DNA from: Longimicrobiales bacterium
GTDB taxonomy: Bacteria; Gemmatimonadota; Gemmatimonadetes; Longimicrobiales; Gaopeijiaceae
NCBI GenBank assembly: GCA_965218295.1
Contig: CBDCKN010000009.1
Span: 224,001 to 288,000, forward strand
Length of the DNA stretch: 64,000 bases
Reading direction: 5' to 3'
In this document: positions 53,484 through 63,801 of the stretch, piece by piece
Layout of the letters: each line of letters starts with the position of its first letter
Position numbering within the stretch: position 1 is the stretch's first letter
The notes under the pieces: generated by a model
The model's input: only the letters and a program-made list of their open reading frames with translations
The model's database searches: none
Told to the model about the DNA's origin: nothing
Translations under genes and position numbers: made by a program

Positions 53484-54077
53484 TTACCGACTCCAGGGCG
53501 GCACGATGTGATTCGTGCGCGCGTAGGCGATGGACTGCCCCAGGTGCTCGTGCATGTCTCCGGCCGCGAAGCCCATGGCTGCGGTGGCCGTCACCTTTCG
53601 ACCGAACCAGTCCGTCTCCGCGCTCTGCTCTTCCTCGGTCATGTCCCGGCACGAAGCGAGCAAGTGCTCGAACGCCTTCTCCATCTCGGCGATGATCTCG
53701 CTCTTGGACAGCGTGGCCACGCGGGCGATCTCAGCCCCGAAGCCCGAGGCCACGCCCTCCGGAGGCGTGGCGCCCCAAAGCCTGGGGAAGAGGTATCCCT
53801 CGGCGACCATGAGTGCCATGACGTCCCGGACCGATCGGACGCCTTCCATGGGACGCCAGTCCCAGGTCTCCTCGGGGAAGGCCTCGGCCAGGGCGAGGAA
53901 CTTGTCCCGCATGGTCTCGAAATCGGCCACCTGCTCCTCGTGCCAGGTCTTGAGGCCCGTGTCCGGATCGCCCATGTCGGCCTGTGTGGTCGCGCCATCA
54001 TCGGGCGCCCCACATGCGGCCATGGGGAGGGCGAGCGCAGCGCCCACGATTGCCCAGCTCCAACGTCGCATCATCAT
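53484..54077 (-). CDS. DinB-family protein
   Basis: WRPMEGVRS; HEHLGQSIAYAR. Confidence 0.82.
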   Translation of the reverse strand: MMMRRWSWAIVGAALALPMAACGAPDDGATTQADMGDPDTGLKTWHEEQVADFETMRDKFLALAEAFPEETWDWRPMEGVRSVRDVMALMVAEGYLFPRLWGATPPEGVASGFGAEIARVATLSKSEIIAEMEKAFEHLLASCRDMTEEEQSAETDWFGRKVTATAAMGFAAGDMHEHLGQSIAYARTNHIVPPWSR

Positions 54078-54145
54078 CGTCTCTCCTCTCGAGGTGCTGT
54101 TCGGCAAGTGGGTAATCTAGCACTTCTGAGGCACGCGGATCGGGG

Positions 54146-54174
54146 TTGAACCTTTCCGCGATCTCCAATATCTT
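54146..54174 (+). promoter_or_regulatory. Putative promoter of the tRNA cluster
   Basis: TTGAAC-17 bp-TATCTT upstream of tRNA-fMet. Confidence 0.5.
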
Positions 54175-54186
54175 TTGGCTCTATAG

Positions 54187-54260
<74 letters not shown>

Positions 54261-54269
54261 CTCGCTGAC

Positions 54270-54292
54270 AACGCCGCCTTCGGGCGGCGTTT
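54270..54292 (+). terminator. Hairpin/terminator after tRNA-fMet
   Basis: AACGCCGCC-TTCG-GGCGGCGTT-T. Confidence 0.55.
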
Positions 54293-54488
54293 CCACGTGC
54301 TGGCCATTCAGCTTTTGGGGGAGTCGGTCGATGTTCCAGACGGATGCCAAGCAGGCTCGTGGTTGGACGATGGCCGATACGTGGTCTAGCCTGCGACCGT
54401 GGGCGGTCGGGGGGCGCCGCTAGAAACTTCGAGCGTGCACCTCTCGTCAGACCGTCCGTAGCCGAGAGGCCCGGGCGGTTTTTTTGTC

Positions 54489-54561
54489 GGCCAGGTAGCT
54501 CAGTTGGTAGAGCACGCGACTGAAAATCGCGGTGTCGGTGGTTCGATTCCGCCCCTGGCCA
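54489..54561 (+). tRNA. tRNA-Phe(GAA)
   Basis: Cloverleaf; loop CTGAAAA. Confidence 0.93.
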
Positions 54562-54599
54562 CTGAAGCACCGATTGCCTGGGCGGTCGAGCGACAACAG

Positions 54600-54672
54600 A
54601 GGTCCGTAGCTCAACTGGTAGAGCACCGGTCTCCAAAACCGGGGGTTGGGGGTTCGAGTCCCTCCGGGCCTG
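54600..54672 (+). tRNA. tRNA-Trp(CCA)
   Basis: Loop CTCCAAA. Confidence 0.93.
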
Positions 54673-54688
54673 TTGGGCAGGGGAGTAC

Positions 54689-54760
54689 GCCCCCATCGTC
54701 TAGCGGCTAGGACACCACTCTTTCAAGGTGGAGATCGGGGTTCGATTCCCCGTGGGGGCA
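54689..54760 (+). tRNA. tRNA-Glu(TTC)
   Basis: Loop CTTTCAA. Confidence 0.92.
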
Positions 54761-54804
54761 TGGTGCAGGACACCGGACCAGGGGTCCGGACGCGGTAGAG
54801 GTCT

Positions 54805-54879
54805 GGGGCTGTAGCTCAGCTTGGTTAGAGTGCCGGTCTGTCACACCGGAGGTCGCGGGTTCAAGTCCCGTCAGCCCCG
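54805..54879 (+). tRNA. tRNA-Asp(GTC)
   Basis: Loop CTGTCAC. Confidence 0.93.
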
Positions 54880-54918
54880 CTGGATGAGCTGTTTGAAATC
54901 TCACAGGTTTAACGTGCT

Positions 54919-54991
<73 letters not shown>

Positions 54992-55004
54992 CTGTACGGA
55001 TCGG

Positions 55005-55089
55005 GCTCGGGTGGCGGAATTGGTAGACGCGCAGGGTTCAGGACCCTGTGGGGGTTAACCCCGTGAGGGTTCGAGTCCCTCCCCGAGCA
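55005..55089 (+). tRNA. tRNA-Leu(CAG)
   Basis: Loop TTCAGGA; long variable arm. Confidence 0.92.
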
Positions 55090-55121
55090 TTTCTGCTCGG
55101 CTCGGTTCGGTCCGACAGAGC

Positions 55122-55205
55122 GCCCACGTGCTGGAATTGGTAGACAGGCTGGTTTGAGGGACCAGTGTCGGAAACGGCGTACAGGTTCGAGTCCTGTCGT
55201 GGGCA
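55122..55205 (+). tRNA. tRNA-Leu(GAG)
   Basis: Loop TTGAGGG; long variable arm. Confidence 0.92.
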
Positions 55206-55388
55206 CTTTTCGCGGGCGCTTTTGGCGCAGTGCGGCGTCGGGACTGCGGACGACCCTCCCTGCGGCGTACGTGTGTACGCCTCAGTCGGGTCGCCTTGCC
55301 CTCCTTGCCCTGCACCAAAATCGCTCCGCGAAAAGGGTGGTCTTCGAGACCGTTTGGATTGCAGTTTGTTTGTTGGATCGCGGTTTTT

Positions 55389-55463
55389 GCGCCCGTAGCT
55401 CAGTTGGATTAGAGCGCCTGACTACGGATCAGGAGGCCGGGGGTTCGAGTCCCTCCGGGCGTG
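55389..55463 (+). tRNA. tRNA-Arg(ACG)
   Basis: Loop CTACGGA. Confidence 0.92.
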
Positions 55464-55496
55464 TTGGAGTACAAATTGGAGTACAAAGAGGGGACC

Positions 55497-55570
55497 GGGC
55501 GCGTAGCTCAGTTGGTTAGAGCGCTACGTTGACATCGTAGAGGTCAGAGGTTCGAGTCCTCTCGCGCCCA
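55497..55570 (+). tRNA. tRNA-Val(GAC)
   Basis: Loop TTGACAT. Confidence 0.93.
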
Positions 55571-55614
55571 CTTTGGCGGCTCTTGGCGGGAACGCCGAGT
55601 GGCCGACATGATCG

Positions 55615-55687
55615 GGGGCCGTAGCTCAGTTGGGAGAGCGCAGCGTTCGCAATGCTGAGGTCAGGGGTTCGATTCCCCTCGGCTCCA
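55615..55687 (+). tRNA. tRNA-Ala(CGC)
   Basis: Loop TTCGCAA. Confidence 0.92.
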
Positions 55688-55693
55688 CTGGTT

Positions 55694-55767
55694 GCCACCT
55701 TAGCTCAGTCTGGTAGAGCACGTCACTCGTAATGACGGGGTCGTCGGTTCGATTCCGACAGGTGGCT
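55694..55767 (+). tRNA. tRNA-Thr(CGT)
   Basis: Loop CTCGTAA. Confidence 0.92.
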
Positions 55768-55773
55768 TTTGGA

Positions 55774-55846
55774 TGCCCCTTGGTGTAACTGGCAACACGC
55801 CGGATTCTGGTTCCGGAGAGTCTAGGTTCGAGCCCTAGAGGGGCAA
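55774..55846 (+). tRNA. tRNA-Gln(CTG)
   Basis: Loop TTCTGGT. Confidence 0.92.
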
Positions 55847-55869
55847 CTAGTGTGGAATACCACACTTAG

Positions 55870-55953
55870 GGAGGGATGGCCGAGTGGCTTAAGGCGGCGC
55901 CCTGCTAAGGCGTTGGACGCAAGTCCGCGTGGGTTCGAATCCCACTCCCTCCG
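55870..55953 (+). tRNA. tRNA-Ser(GCT)
   Basis: Loop CTGCTAA; long variable arm. Confidence 0.92.
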
Positions 55954-55975
55954 CTGAGAGTAGTTGGATGGTGAC

Positions 55976-56087
55976 GTGGGATTCGCGAGCCGAGGCGCCC
56001 GCAACGGTCTCGAAGATCGGAGTGGTGATCGCCGAGACGACCGAGGATCGCCGAAGGCGACCGCAGGTCAATCCCACTCCCTCCGCT
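55976..56087 (+). repeat. tRNA-linked small element, copy at tRNA-Ser(GCT)
   Basis: GTGGGATTCG...45-bp core...AATCCCACTCCCTCCGCT (duplicated tRNA 3' end). Confidence 0.75.
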
Positions 56088-56131
56088 CAGGTATTTGAAT
56101 GCGTAGGACATGGGGTTCTTCACTGACAACT

Positions 56132-56216
56132 GGACGGGTGGCCGAGCGGCTTAAGGCGCACGATTGGAAATCGTGTGGGTTGATAGCCCACGTGGGTTCG
56201 AATCCCACCCCGTCCG
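56132..56216 (+). tRNA. tRNA-Ser(GGA)
   Basis: Loop TTGGAAA. Confidence 0.92.
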
Positions 56217-56347
56217 CTTGGAGTACACGAGTGCCACTGAGGGCGTTGTGGGATTCGTTCGAGTACACTCCCACCCCGTTCCGCTAGGAGTGGGATGGCC
56301 CACGCGTCCGGTAGGAACGCGGTTTCTGGGCACTTGATAGTAGAATT

Positions 56348-56421
56348 CGGGGCGTGGCTCAGTCCGGTAGAGCGCTGCGTTCGGGACGCAGAGGTCCCCG
56401 GTTCAAATCCGGGCGCCCCGA
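56348..56421 (+). tRNA. tRNA-Pro(CGG)
   Basis: Loop TTCGGGA. Confidence 0.93.
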
Positions 56422-56437
56422 TTGGATTGCGACGTTT

Positions 56438-56521
56438 GGAGCCGTCGCATAACTGGTATTGCACCGGTCTCGAAAACCGGCGTCCCAAAAGGACTTGTGG
56501 GTTCGAGTCCCACCGGCTCCG
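56438..56521 (+). tRNA. tRNA-Ser(CGA)
   Basis: Loop CTCGAAA; acceptor GGAGCCG/CGGCTCC. Confidence 0.88.
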
Positions 56522-56713
56522 CTTTGCAGGACAACGACTTACGGCGTTCGTGAATCGACGAGGACTCGGGTGGGTGATGTGGAGTTACCCCAAGACATTA
56601 CCCGCGGTAGTAAGTCCGAGGGTTTTGGCGACGCGGTCGAAGTAGCCGGCACCCGCCTCCCTCACCCCGGTTCGTTCAGCCCGGCACTCAGGTGGGCCCA
56701 GCCGACTGTCGCA

Positions 56714-57538
56714 TTACCATCCCAGATCCGACCGCTGGCTCTTGGGCACACGCACGTTGCGGGCGCCCCACTCTAGATTCTTGCAAAAGATCGACGTGCA
56801 CCACTCGTGGGTGCTGGCGGGACCCGCTCCATAGAAGTCGAGCCGCACGAACCCATGCTCCGCGAGGATGTCGAAGGCCGGATTGTACTGCCATCGATCC
56901 GAGTTGTCGAACACGATGATGCCGCGTTCCTTGATGTGCTCTACCGCGATCCAAGTGCTGAGACTTCGAGCCATTCCGTCGACGACGATGATGTCGAAGT
57001 AGCCCTTCCCGTACTTGGCCAACTCCCCGGCATACGCGGTAAATCCCTCACACGCGAGACCGTGCTGGATATCGTGGTTGATATTGCCGCTTGTGGGCAG
57101 CTCGGGGTGCCGCCGAAAAAACTCGTCGGCACTTTCTGAGTATTCGGGGGCCGGTGCGATGCCTCTTGGGATCAGGTGGACGCGCAGATTCGAAGGCGCT
57201 GTGCTCGAGACCTTCTTCGCCCAGGTCTCGTCGTGCTCCACCGAGACGACTTCCGCCACGTGTGTGCTCCACCATAACGAAGAGTTTCCACACCCGTACT
57301 CGAAGACCTTGTGCTCCAGGGAAACGATGCGCTCGAGCATCATGAGCGCCGGGTATGTAATCCATGGGATCGGGCCATCCATGCCGATCGACTGCCGCGA
57401 CATCGATGACTCGATCCAGCCCTTGTTGGTCAGGTAGTCCCCCACGTACCGGTTAACGGCTCGGTGCCGATAGAAGGCTTCCCTCCCTTTTTGACCCATC
57501 AGCTTTCTGACAACCGATCGCAGCACCGATCGAGCCAT
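56714..57538 (-). CDS. Class I SAM-dependent methyltransferase-like protein (surface-glycan associated)
   Basis: PWITYP, FEYGCGNS, SVEHD, IVVDG, VFDNS. Confidence 0.75.
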   Translation of the reverse strand: MARSVLRSVVRKLMGQKGREAFYRHRAVNRYVGDYLTNKGWIESSMSRQSIGMDGPIPWITYPALMMLERIVSLEHKVFEYGCGNSSLWWSTHVAEVVSVEHDETWAKKVSSTAPSNLRVHLIPRGIAPAPEYSESADEFFRRHPELPTSGNINHDIQHGLACEGFTAYAGELAKYGKGYFDIIVVDGMARSLSTWIAVEHIKERGIIVFDNSDRWQYNPAFDILAEHGFVRLDFYGAGPASTHEWCTSIFCKNLEWGARNVRVPKSQRSDLGW

Positions 57539-57719
57539 TCAAACCTACCTTTCACGGACGCATTGAAGCGCGTCCATGATACGTGCAGAGACGAGGAACC
57601 GTAAGGCGGCGGTCACGGGCATGGAATTCCATAGGCCGGAACCAGCCTGATCGGTCCCGCTCTCCGCGCGATGGGAGGCGGGAAGCAGAATGAGACGGCG
57701 TTACCCGATGCGATCCTTC

Positions 57720-58030
57720 TACGCTGGTCCTCCAGCCAAAGGTGTTCCACCGACCAGAGCGGATTGGCTCTGAATGGAGTACTCATGCCCTTGACTCTCC
57801 GATTCGCGACACACGTCTCGACATTCAACACGAGATAGGTGAACGGCAGCTCTTCCGCAAAGACCTCCATCGGGCCACGAAAGATCTCGTCCATTTCATC
57901 GGGGTGATCCGTGTTCTGTGCCGCCTCGAGCAGCTGAGCTACCCGAGCATTGTCGTAGCCGAGGGGAGCGTCCTCACCGAAGAACTTGAGGAGTCCGTCG
58001 ATGTCGCCTCGAACTCCCAGTGCTCCCGCA
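57720..58030 (-). pseudogene. C-terminal remnant of an ABC peptide substrate-binding protein
   Basis: LGYDNARVAQLLEAA...EELPFTYL...VEHLWLE. Confidence 0.55.
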
Positions 58031-58251
58031 TCATGCGTGGGAACCAATCGTGGGCTTCTCGAGCAGAGTGAATGCCGTAGTGGGGTGAGAGCCTGAACGA
58101 GACGCATGTGGTGCCTGTTGGTAGGCGGATTTGAGGGACTGCGGGTCCATCTATCCGCCTGCGGCAAGGTTCCGAAGTCGAGGATGTCGCCATGCGGACG
58201 TCCAGGTGTCCTCCGAGAGGGGCGCGGAAATCCCAACACGGTCTCGTACCA

Positions 58252-59031
58252 CTACCGCTGGTGACTCCGGCTCCGTCGCGGTGCGCGCCAGGTGTACGCC
58301 AAAGGGGCAAAGCCAAGCCGTCGTAGAAAGAGCCAGGCTTCCCCCACAGCTTCACGGATCCGTGGGAGCGGGCCTACCCGGGGCACGCCGGCGGTCGGAT
58401 CCCGGTCGTCGATCGTGGTTTCGGGGATCGTCGGGTGCGGCACGACACAAGGCGGCGTCACGGCATGGACTACCACTCCCGCGCGGGGCGCATACCCGAT
58501 CACCCAATCCGCAGGCATGCGATGGGGCTCGGAGTACGAGAGGAGCTTGGTTGCACCCTCGGGGGTGAGGAAGTACGCGTAGGCTCCCATGGGAAACTCC
58601 GCCAGACGTGCTAGACGATGCCCTTCAGGGAGAGCGCGTGAGCGGAATGTCAACACCACGCCCCGCTCTGGTCCCCGTCGAACCGAATGATGTCCGAGCA
58701 ACACCAGGTCGGAGTCCCCGGCTACCTGCGGCAGCGCGAGGACGATGGCCCGGGAAGCCGGCCGGAGGAGGACGTCGTCCTCGAGGATGACGGCGGAGCG
58801 CGAGGACGCCTCTACCTGCCGCCAAGCCATCGCGTGTGTACAGAGGCACGCCCACTCGGCGCGCGTGACCCCAATCGGGGCCGGCGCCCCGGCCGAAAGA
58901 TCGCGAGCGTCGATCGCATCCACGAACCGGGGCTCAATCTCCCGTGCGCCAAGCGCCTCGACCATGAGCGAGCGGTGGTCCGCAGAGCGTCGCAGACTCA
59001 GCACGAGCACGGGTGGAAAGTCGTGCCTCAT
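58252..59031 (-). CDS. Glycosyltransferase family 25
   Basis: FVDAID, C..TH, ILEDD, AYFLTPEGA.KLL, PAD. Confidence 0.82.
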   Translation of the reverse strand: MRHDFPPVLVLSLRRSADHRSLMVEALGAREIEPRFVDAIDARDLSAGAPAPIGVTRAEWACLCTHAMAWRQVEASSRSAVILEDDVLLRPASRAIVLALPQVAGDSDLVLLGHHSVRRGPERGVVLTFRSRALPEGHRLARLAEFPMGAYAYFLTPEGATKLLSYSEPHRMPADWVIGYAPRAGVVVHAVTPPCVVPHPTIPETTIDDRDPTAGVPRVGPLPRIREAVGEAWLFLRRLGFAPLAYTWRAPRRSRSHQR

Positions 59032-59600
59032 TTCGGCCGACCCATGACGACGGGATCCACCTCGCCGTCCAACTCGGGATCGTCCGCATCCACGCTCAGC
59101 AGGTGCTCGTTTACGTGCTCACCACTCGGTCTCCCGCACCACTCGCGGATCGCCCGATCGGCAAGGGCGAAGCACTGACGGGAGGCGTGGACCAGGCTGA
59201 AGTTCATGGCAGACAGCAAAGGGGAGCTGATCGACGTCGTATCGCTCGCAGGACGCGGTCCACAGCCCCAGGGATTAGCCGGGTTGCGGCGTTGGGGCCC
59301 TCGATGGGCGGCCGATCACGCTCGTCAAAGGGCTGACCGACAAAGCTGCTCCCTCGCCGGGGTTCGGGAAAGGGCTCGCTGCCGAAGTACCCGTCTCGCT
59401 GAAGTCAGCTTCCGCACAGGTGGGGGGCAATTTTGGCAACAAGTAACTGCTGGTCGGTCTGCGAGTAATCGCCAATCGTGTAGTCCGCCATTAGCACATC
59501 GAGATCGTCCGGCGCGCCACGCCTGGCGCCCCATATCCCGCCGAGAACAGGGACCTTGTGCCAAGGGTGGTCCCGCATCGGGTGCGCAAGGCGCCCGCTA
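59028..59600 (-). pseudogene. Degraded glycan-related gene fragments
   Basis: MRDHPWHKVPVLGGIWG...DQQLL fragment; several broken frames. Confidence 0.4.
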
Positions 59601-59892
59601 TGTCGGGTCGCTGCAGGCACCGACTGCCCGCAGTAATACCGGCATCGCCACCCTGGGTACAGCGCGGAGCGAGTTCCGCGTTGCGAAGAGCCCCGGCAAG
59701 TTACCGCGGCTGATCGGCCCAGAGCGATAAGCTGATGATCCCTCTCGCGATCTCATCCCGGACGGCGAGGTTGCGACGAAAAGGAGGGTGCAAGAGGCCG
59801 AATCGCCCCAAGTATAGACAGCTGCCGCCCACGGCGCCTCCGGACCAGCTCATGCCAGGCGGGTTTGCATCGGCCGCGCAGCCCACCGAGAA

Positions 59893-60258
59893 TGTCTCCA
59901 TGGGCGTTTCCGAAATCACAGGCTTCGTCATCGTTCGAGACGTCGTGAGGAATGGGTATCCCTTTCTCGAGGCGATCTTCACCTCCCTGGGTCTATGCAG
60001 GACGATCCATGTCCTGGACGGGGAGTCCGAGGACGAAAGCTGGCCGTCACTGACGGCCCTGAGGGAGATCGTAGGAAGGGATCGGCTCGTGCTCCATCAG
60101 GAGGGATGGAGGGCGCGAGGCCGCACCCACCTCCTTGCAGCGGCTACGAACCAACTACGGGAAAAGCTGTCTGTGCCTCCCGGAGCCTGGCTCTGGAACT
60201 TCCAGGCGAACGAGGTCGTGGCCCCGGCGACCGTCTCTGATATCCAGCAGCTGATCCA
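59893..60258 (+). pseudogene. GT2-like glycosyltransferase N-terminal fragment truncated at an att copy
   Basis: GFVIVRD..GYPFLEAI, DGESEDES, QANE; runs into the tRNA-Ser 3' copy. Confidence 0.6.
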
Positions 60259-60322
60259 GTGGGTTCGAGTCCCACCGGCTCCGCTTTATAAGACAATGAC
60301 TTACGGCGTTCTTGAGTCGACG
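60259..60322 (+). repeat. tRNA-Ser(CGA) 3'-end copy plus downstream flank (att-like)
   Basis: GTGGGTTCGAGTCCCACCGGCTCCGCTTT and GACTTACGGCGTTC match about 56497-56562. Confidence 0.8.
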
Positions 60323-60527
60323 AGGGGTGGGGCGGGTACCCGGCCGGACAGACACAGCGGGAAGATCGATGCAGGCCGGACCTAAACGGCCTTAGACGTA
60401 CTCACTGGTACACCGAGAGCGCAGGTAGTCCAGAATCTTGCAGTCGTGGTATCGCAATGTGCTTTCCCTATTCGCGAGCAGGCTTGCGTGCGTCCCACTT
60501 TCTTCACGTCCGCACGGGTTGTGATGC

Positions 60528-62197
60528 TCAGTCTTTCTGGAGGAGAATCCAGATCATAATCCCCGATTGGATCACGGCGCCGGGACGGTAACCGATACGA
60601 TTAAATGCCGCGAGATCATCCTGAAGCTGTTGCCGGACTATCGTGAGGAGGACGAATCGGTTCAATGCGACGGTTCCGTCGGCCGACAGGTGCTTGATCA
60701 CTGCCTCGGGCGGTAGGTCTGATGTCGAGTCCACATAGCGGACGACCGTGGATGTGGCAGGCGCTCCTTTTCCTTCGATGCCGATTCTGCTGTATGTGTA
60801 ACTCGCTTGCTCGTGGTACCCGCCGATCTTGAATCGGAGAGCGCTGGGTTGCGTTCTCGAAGAATGAGGAAGAAAGAAAACGCTTCGAAAGTAATTTGTG
60901 GGCGGCATGCCCGACTCTGTTGGTTCCAGGAGCGCGACAACCAGCGGTGCTTGCGGTCTGGCGGCTTCGTTCAGGAAGGCGGTGACATGGGTTGTCTCCT
61001 CTCGATGCTCGCGCGCATAACCGTGCTGAAAGGGGAGGATCGTGTTCTTGGGAGCCAGGAACCCCGATATCGCCTCGCCCTCGATGGCCAGAATGACGAC
61101 GAGGATTGTCGTGGCGACGATCGCCATGGGAGCCGAGACGGGGAAGGGGGCCATTTGACGCTGATGTGACGTGCCATGCCCCAGAGCGCCCCAAGGCTAA
61201 TGAGGAGCAACGGGAGATTCGGTGCCGCGAAGCGCAGCTCGATGAACGGATTGATCGGATCATCGGGTTGCGTCACCTCGATCAAATGCTCGATGCTGAC
61301 GACATTGAAGGCGGCGAGCCAGATCAATGCGTAGCAGAGAACGACGAGACGGCCCTTCCCTGCGTTGGAGAGCGGGCGCTCCAGCGCTGGTGCCGATCTG
61401 TGGCGATTGCATACCCGGGACCACACGCACCCTGCCGCACAGCCGAGTGCGGAGAGCAAGAATGCATAGAACAGGGCGGTTCCCGCAGCATCCTGCGTCG
61501 CGATGAACAGCTTTCTGACGGGACCCCGGATGATCTCGATCCAGGCGGCGGCGTCCGGTAGTGACAGCGAACCCAGTTTGTCGGTGAATGGTGCGGGATT
61601 CCAGATGGGCACGAGGAAATAGAGAACGAGTCCCGCGACATAGATTCCAACTCTCGGGAGGCGGCTCTGTTTCGATTGGTAGAGATCCCACCCGGCAAAG
61701 AGCATGAGCGGAAAGAGGACGGCCATGCCCACGTAGCGCGCCCATATCAGCAGTGAACCACTGAGCGCAAAGATCGACAGGTAGATCAGCTTCCGCGTCA
61801 TCGTGTACCGGATCAGCCCGTACAGGTGAACCGCCGAAATCGCCAGAAACGGTGGTTCGCTCCAGGCGAACTGAAACGGCCAGGTGACGGCTTTCGTGCA
61901 CATGGCGGCAAGAGTCAAAGCAAGAGCGGTCGTGGGGTCACCGGTGAGCTCGGAGATTCCCTTGAAGAGCGCTACGGCCAGGACCACGAGAAGCATGGCA
62001 TTCAGCCAGGACGCGGCCCCGATCGGACCGCGGTCAATCCCCAGGAACAGACCTAACAGCGCCCCATACCCCGACGAGAACCAGCCCGGCTTGAGGTGGC
62101 TTAGGGCAAAGTCATTTCTCAAGCGTAGGCCGCGGTCAATGTAGAAGGAACGAGTCGTCGGTGAGGCCAACGCCGGCTTGCACGATGCGATCGCCAA
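60528..62197 (-). pseudogene. Multi-pass membrane GT-C-like protein, frameshifted near 61150
   Basis: WSEPPF and ARYVG motifs; two overlapping hydrophobic ORFs. Confidence 0.55.
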
Positions 62198-62913
62198 CGA
62201 GAAGCGTCAGGATCACGAGAAGCGTCAACTGGATGGCTACCACCAGTCGAGGTCGATGACTGGCCTCCAGCGGGGGGGGGGGGTCTTGCTGCTCGATAGC
62301 TTGATTCGCATCTACAATACCGCACTACTCCCACTCGGCGTGACGTACCTACCAGCGCTACGTGAGATCGCTCGGGATCCCGCTCGGGCTGCAGCCACCC
62401 AATGTGTATTCGGTTGGCTAGGAAGATCGACTCGGCGCACCGCTGAGGCCAGTCCGAGCGTTTCGCACTCAGAGGTAGACATGCGCGGTGCAGCGCTCCG
62501 CGCAGGTGGAGACTAGATGCATGGAGTGGGAGAGCGAATCGCGTTGTTCGCCGGACCATATTATGACGATATGGACCGCTTCTACTGGACGCGTCCCAAG
62601 AGGACATCCTGAGCATCCCCGGCATTTGGCAGCCGGATGCTCCGCGAGTTCGAGGAGTACCGACCCCACACCGCGATGGCGCAGTTCCGTCGGGAGATGG
62701 GTAAGTACGTGGACGACGACGAGGTCGCACGCATGGCGCGCTGCGTAGAGATCCGCTGACTACACCGGACTCGAACGATGGCGTTACCCGTTTCGTTACC
62801 CGCTTAACGGATCTTACAGGGTCTTACCGGTACTTAGCCGGAAGGGCGACGAGGGAAGAACGTTGGAAGGCGGCCCTAAACGGCCTTAGAGGGTCTTAGC
62901 GGTACACCCCCGT

Positions 62914-62972
62914 CCGGTCTCGAAAACCGGCGCCCGTGAGGGTGTGTGGGTTCGAGTCCCACCGGCTCCGCT
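62914..62972 (+). repeat. tRNA-Ser(CGA) 3' half (attR-like)
   Basis: CCGGTCTCGAAAACCGGCG + different variable arm + identical T-arm/acceptor; no 5' half. Confidence 0.85.
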
Positions 62973-63105
62973 CTTTGTGCAGGTAGTTGAGGGGGAAGAA
63001 CACAGGGGGCTCTGGTGATCGCGTGTCCGGTCACCAGGGCCCTCTTCGTGTTTCTAGGTTGTTGTGCCGCATCTGCGCCACGGCAGAGGGAAACGCGCTG
63101 CCTGA

Positions 63106-63360
63106 CTACTCGTCCAACCCCTGCGGCAACTCATCGCCCTCGACCGGCGCTGCGTCCGATACTCGAGACAAGGCTTCGAGGAAGGCCCTGCGTGAACCCC
63201 TCGCAGCTCTTGCCTCCAGGTAGTCTATCGTATCCAACGCGGACAACTTCTCAGCCAGCGCGGTAGCGACCAGTTGGTTGATGGACACCCCTTCTCTCTT
63301 CGCGATCTCCCGAGCGTGCTCGTGCAACGACTCGGGTAGCCTCAGGCTCATCGTGCTCAT
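63106..63360 (-). CDS. Ribbon-helix-helix/HicB-like antitoxin
   Basis: SLRLPESLH...EGVSINQ. Confidence 0.85.
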   Translation of the reverse strand: MSTMSLRLPESLHEHAREIAKREGVSINQLVATALAEKLSALDTIDYLEARAARGSRRAFLEALSRVSDAAPVEGDELPQGLDE

Positions 63361-63779
63361 TGGTCTCTCCCCTCCAGTTCCTCCAAGAAGGCGCCTGGCG
63401 TGATCACGCGGATGCCGAACCGCTCTTCGACCCCGTCAAAGTCTCGCGCGTTGTGCGTCACGATGAACTCAGCTTCAGCTTCCACAGCAACCTCGAGTAC
63501 CATTTCGTCACCCGGATCTCTAAGGAACGGCCGCCACAAGAAGTAGATCCTCCGGCGATCCGCCATCTGACAGAGGTAGTCCACAACCCTCTCTGCGTCC
63601 TCATCGCTCAGATCGGTCCGACGCTTCAGCGCCATCTCGTACTCCAACACCAGCGGCACCGAGACGACTATTTGGAACGGTGCCTTCGGCCCCACCATCC
63701 TGACAACTCGGTACGATGCACCCCGCCTAGAACGTGCCCCGGCAACCAGCACATTGGTATCGAGGACGATCCGACTCAT
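63357..63779 (-). CDS. PIN-domain (VapC-like) toxin
   Basis: VLDTNV, EYE, DPGD, VTHN.RDF. Confidence 0.88.
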   Translation of the reverse strand: MSRIVLDTNVLVAGARSRRGASYRVVRMVGPKAPFQIVVSVPLVLEYEMALKRRTDLSDEDAERVVDYLCQMADRRRIYFLWRPFLRDPGDEMVLEVAVEAEAEFIVTHNARDFDGVEERFGIRVITPGAFLEELEGRDQ

Positions 63780-63801
63780 GTGGTATCATATACAATACCA
63801 C
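63780..63801. promoter_or_regulatory. Putative TA operator
   Basis: GTGGTAT-N8-ATACCAC inverted repeat abutting the toxin ATG. Confidence 0.6.

Noticed and set aside
62914..62972. Second functional tRNA-Ser(CGA)
   Set aside because: Lacks the 5' acceptor strand and D-arm; it is an att remnant
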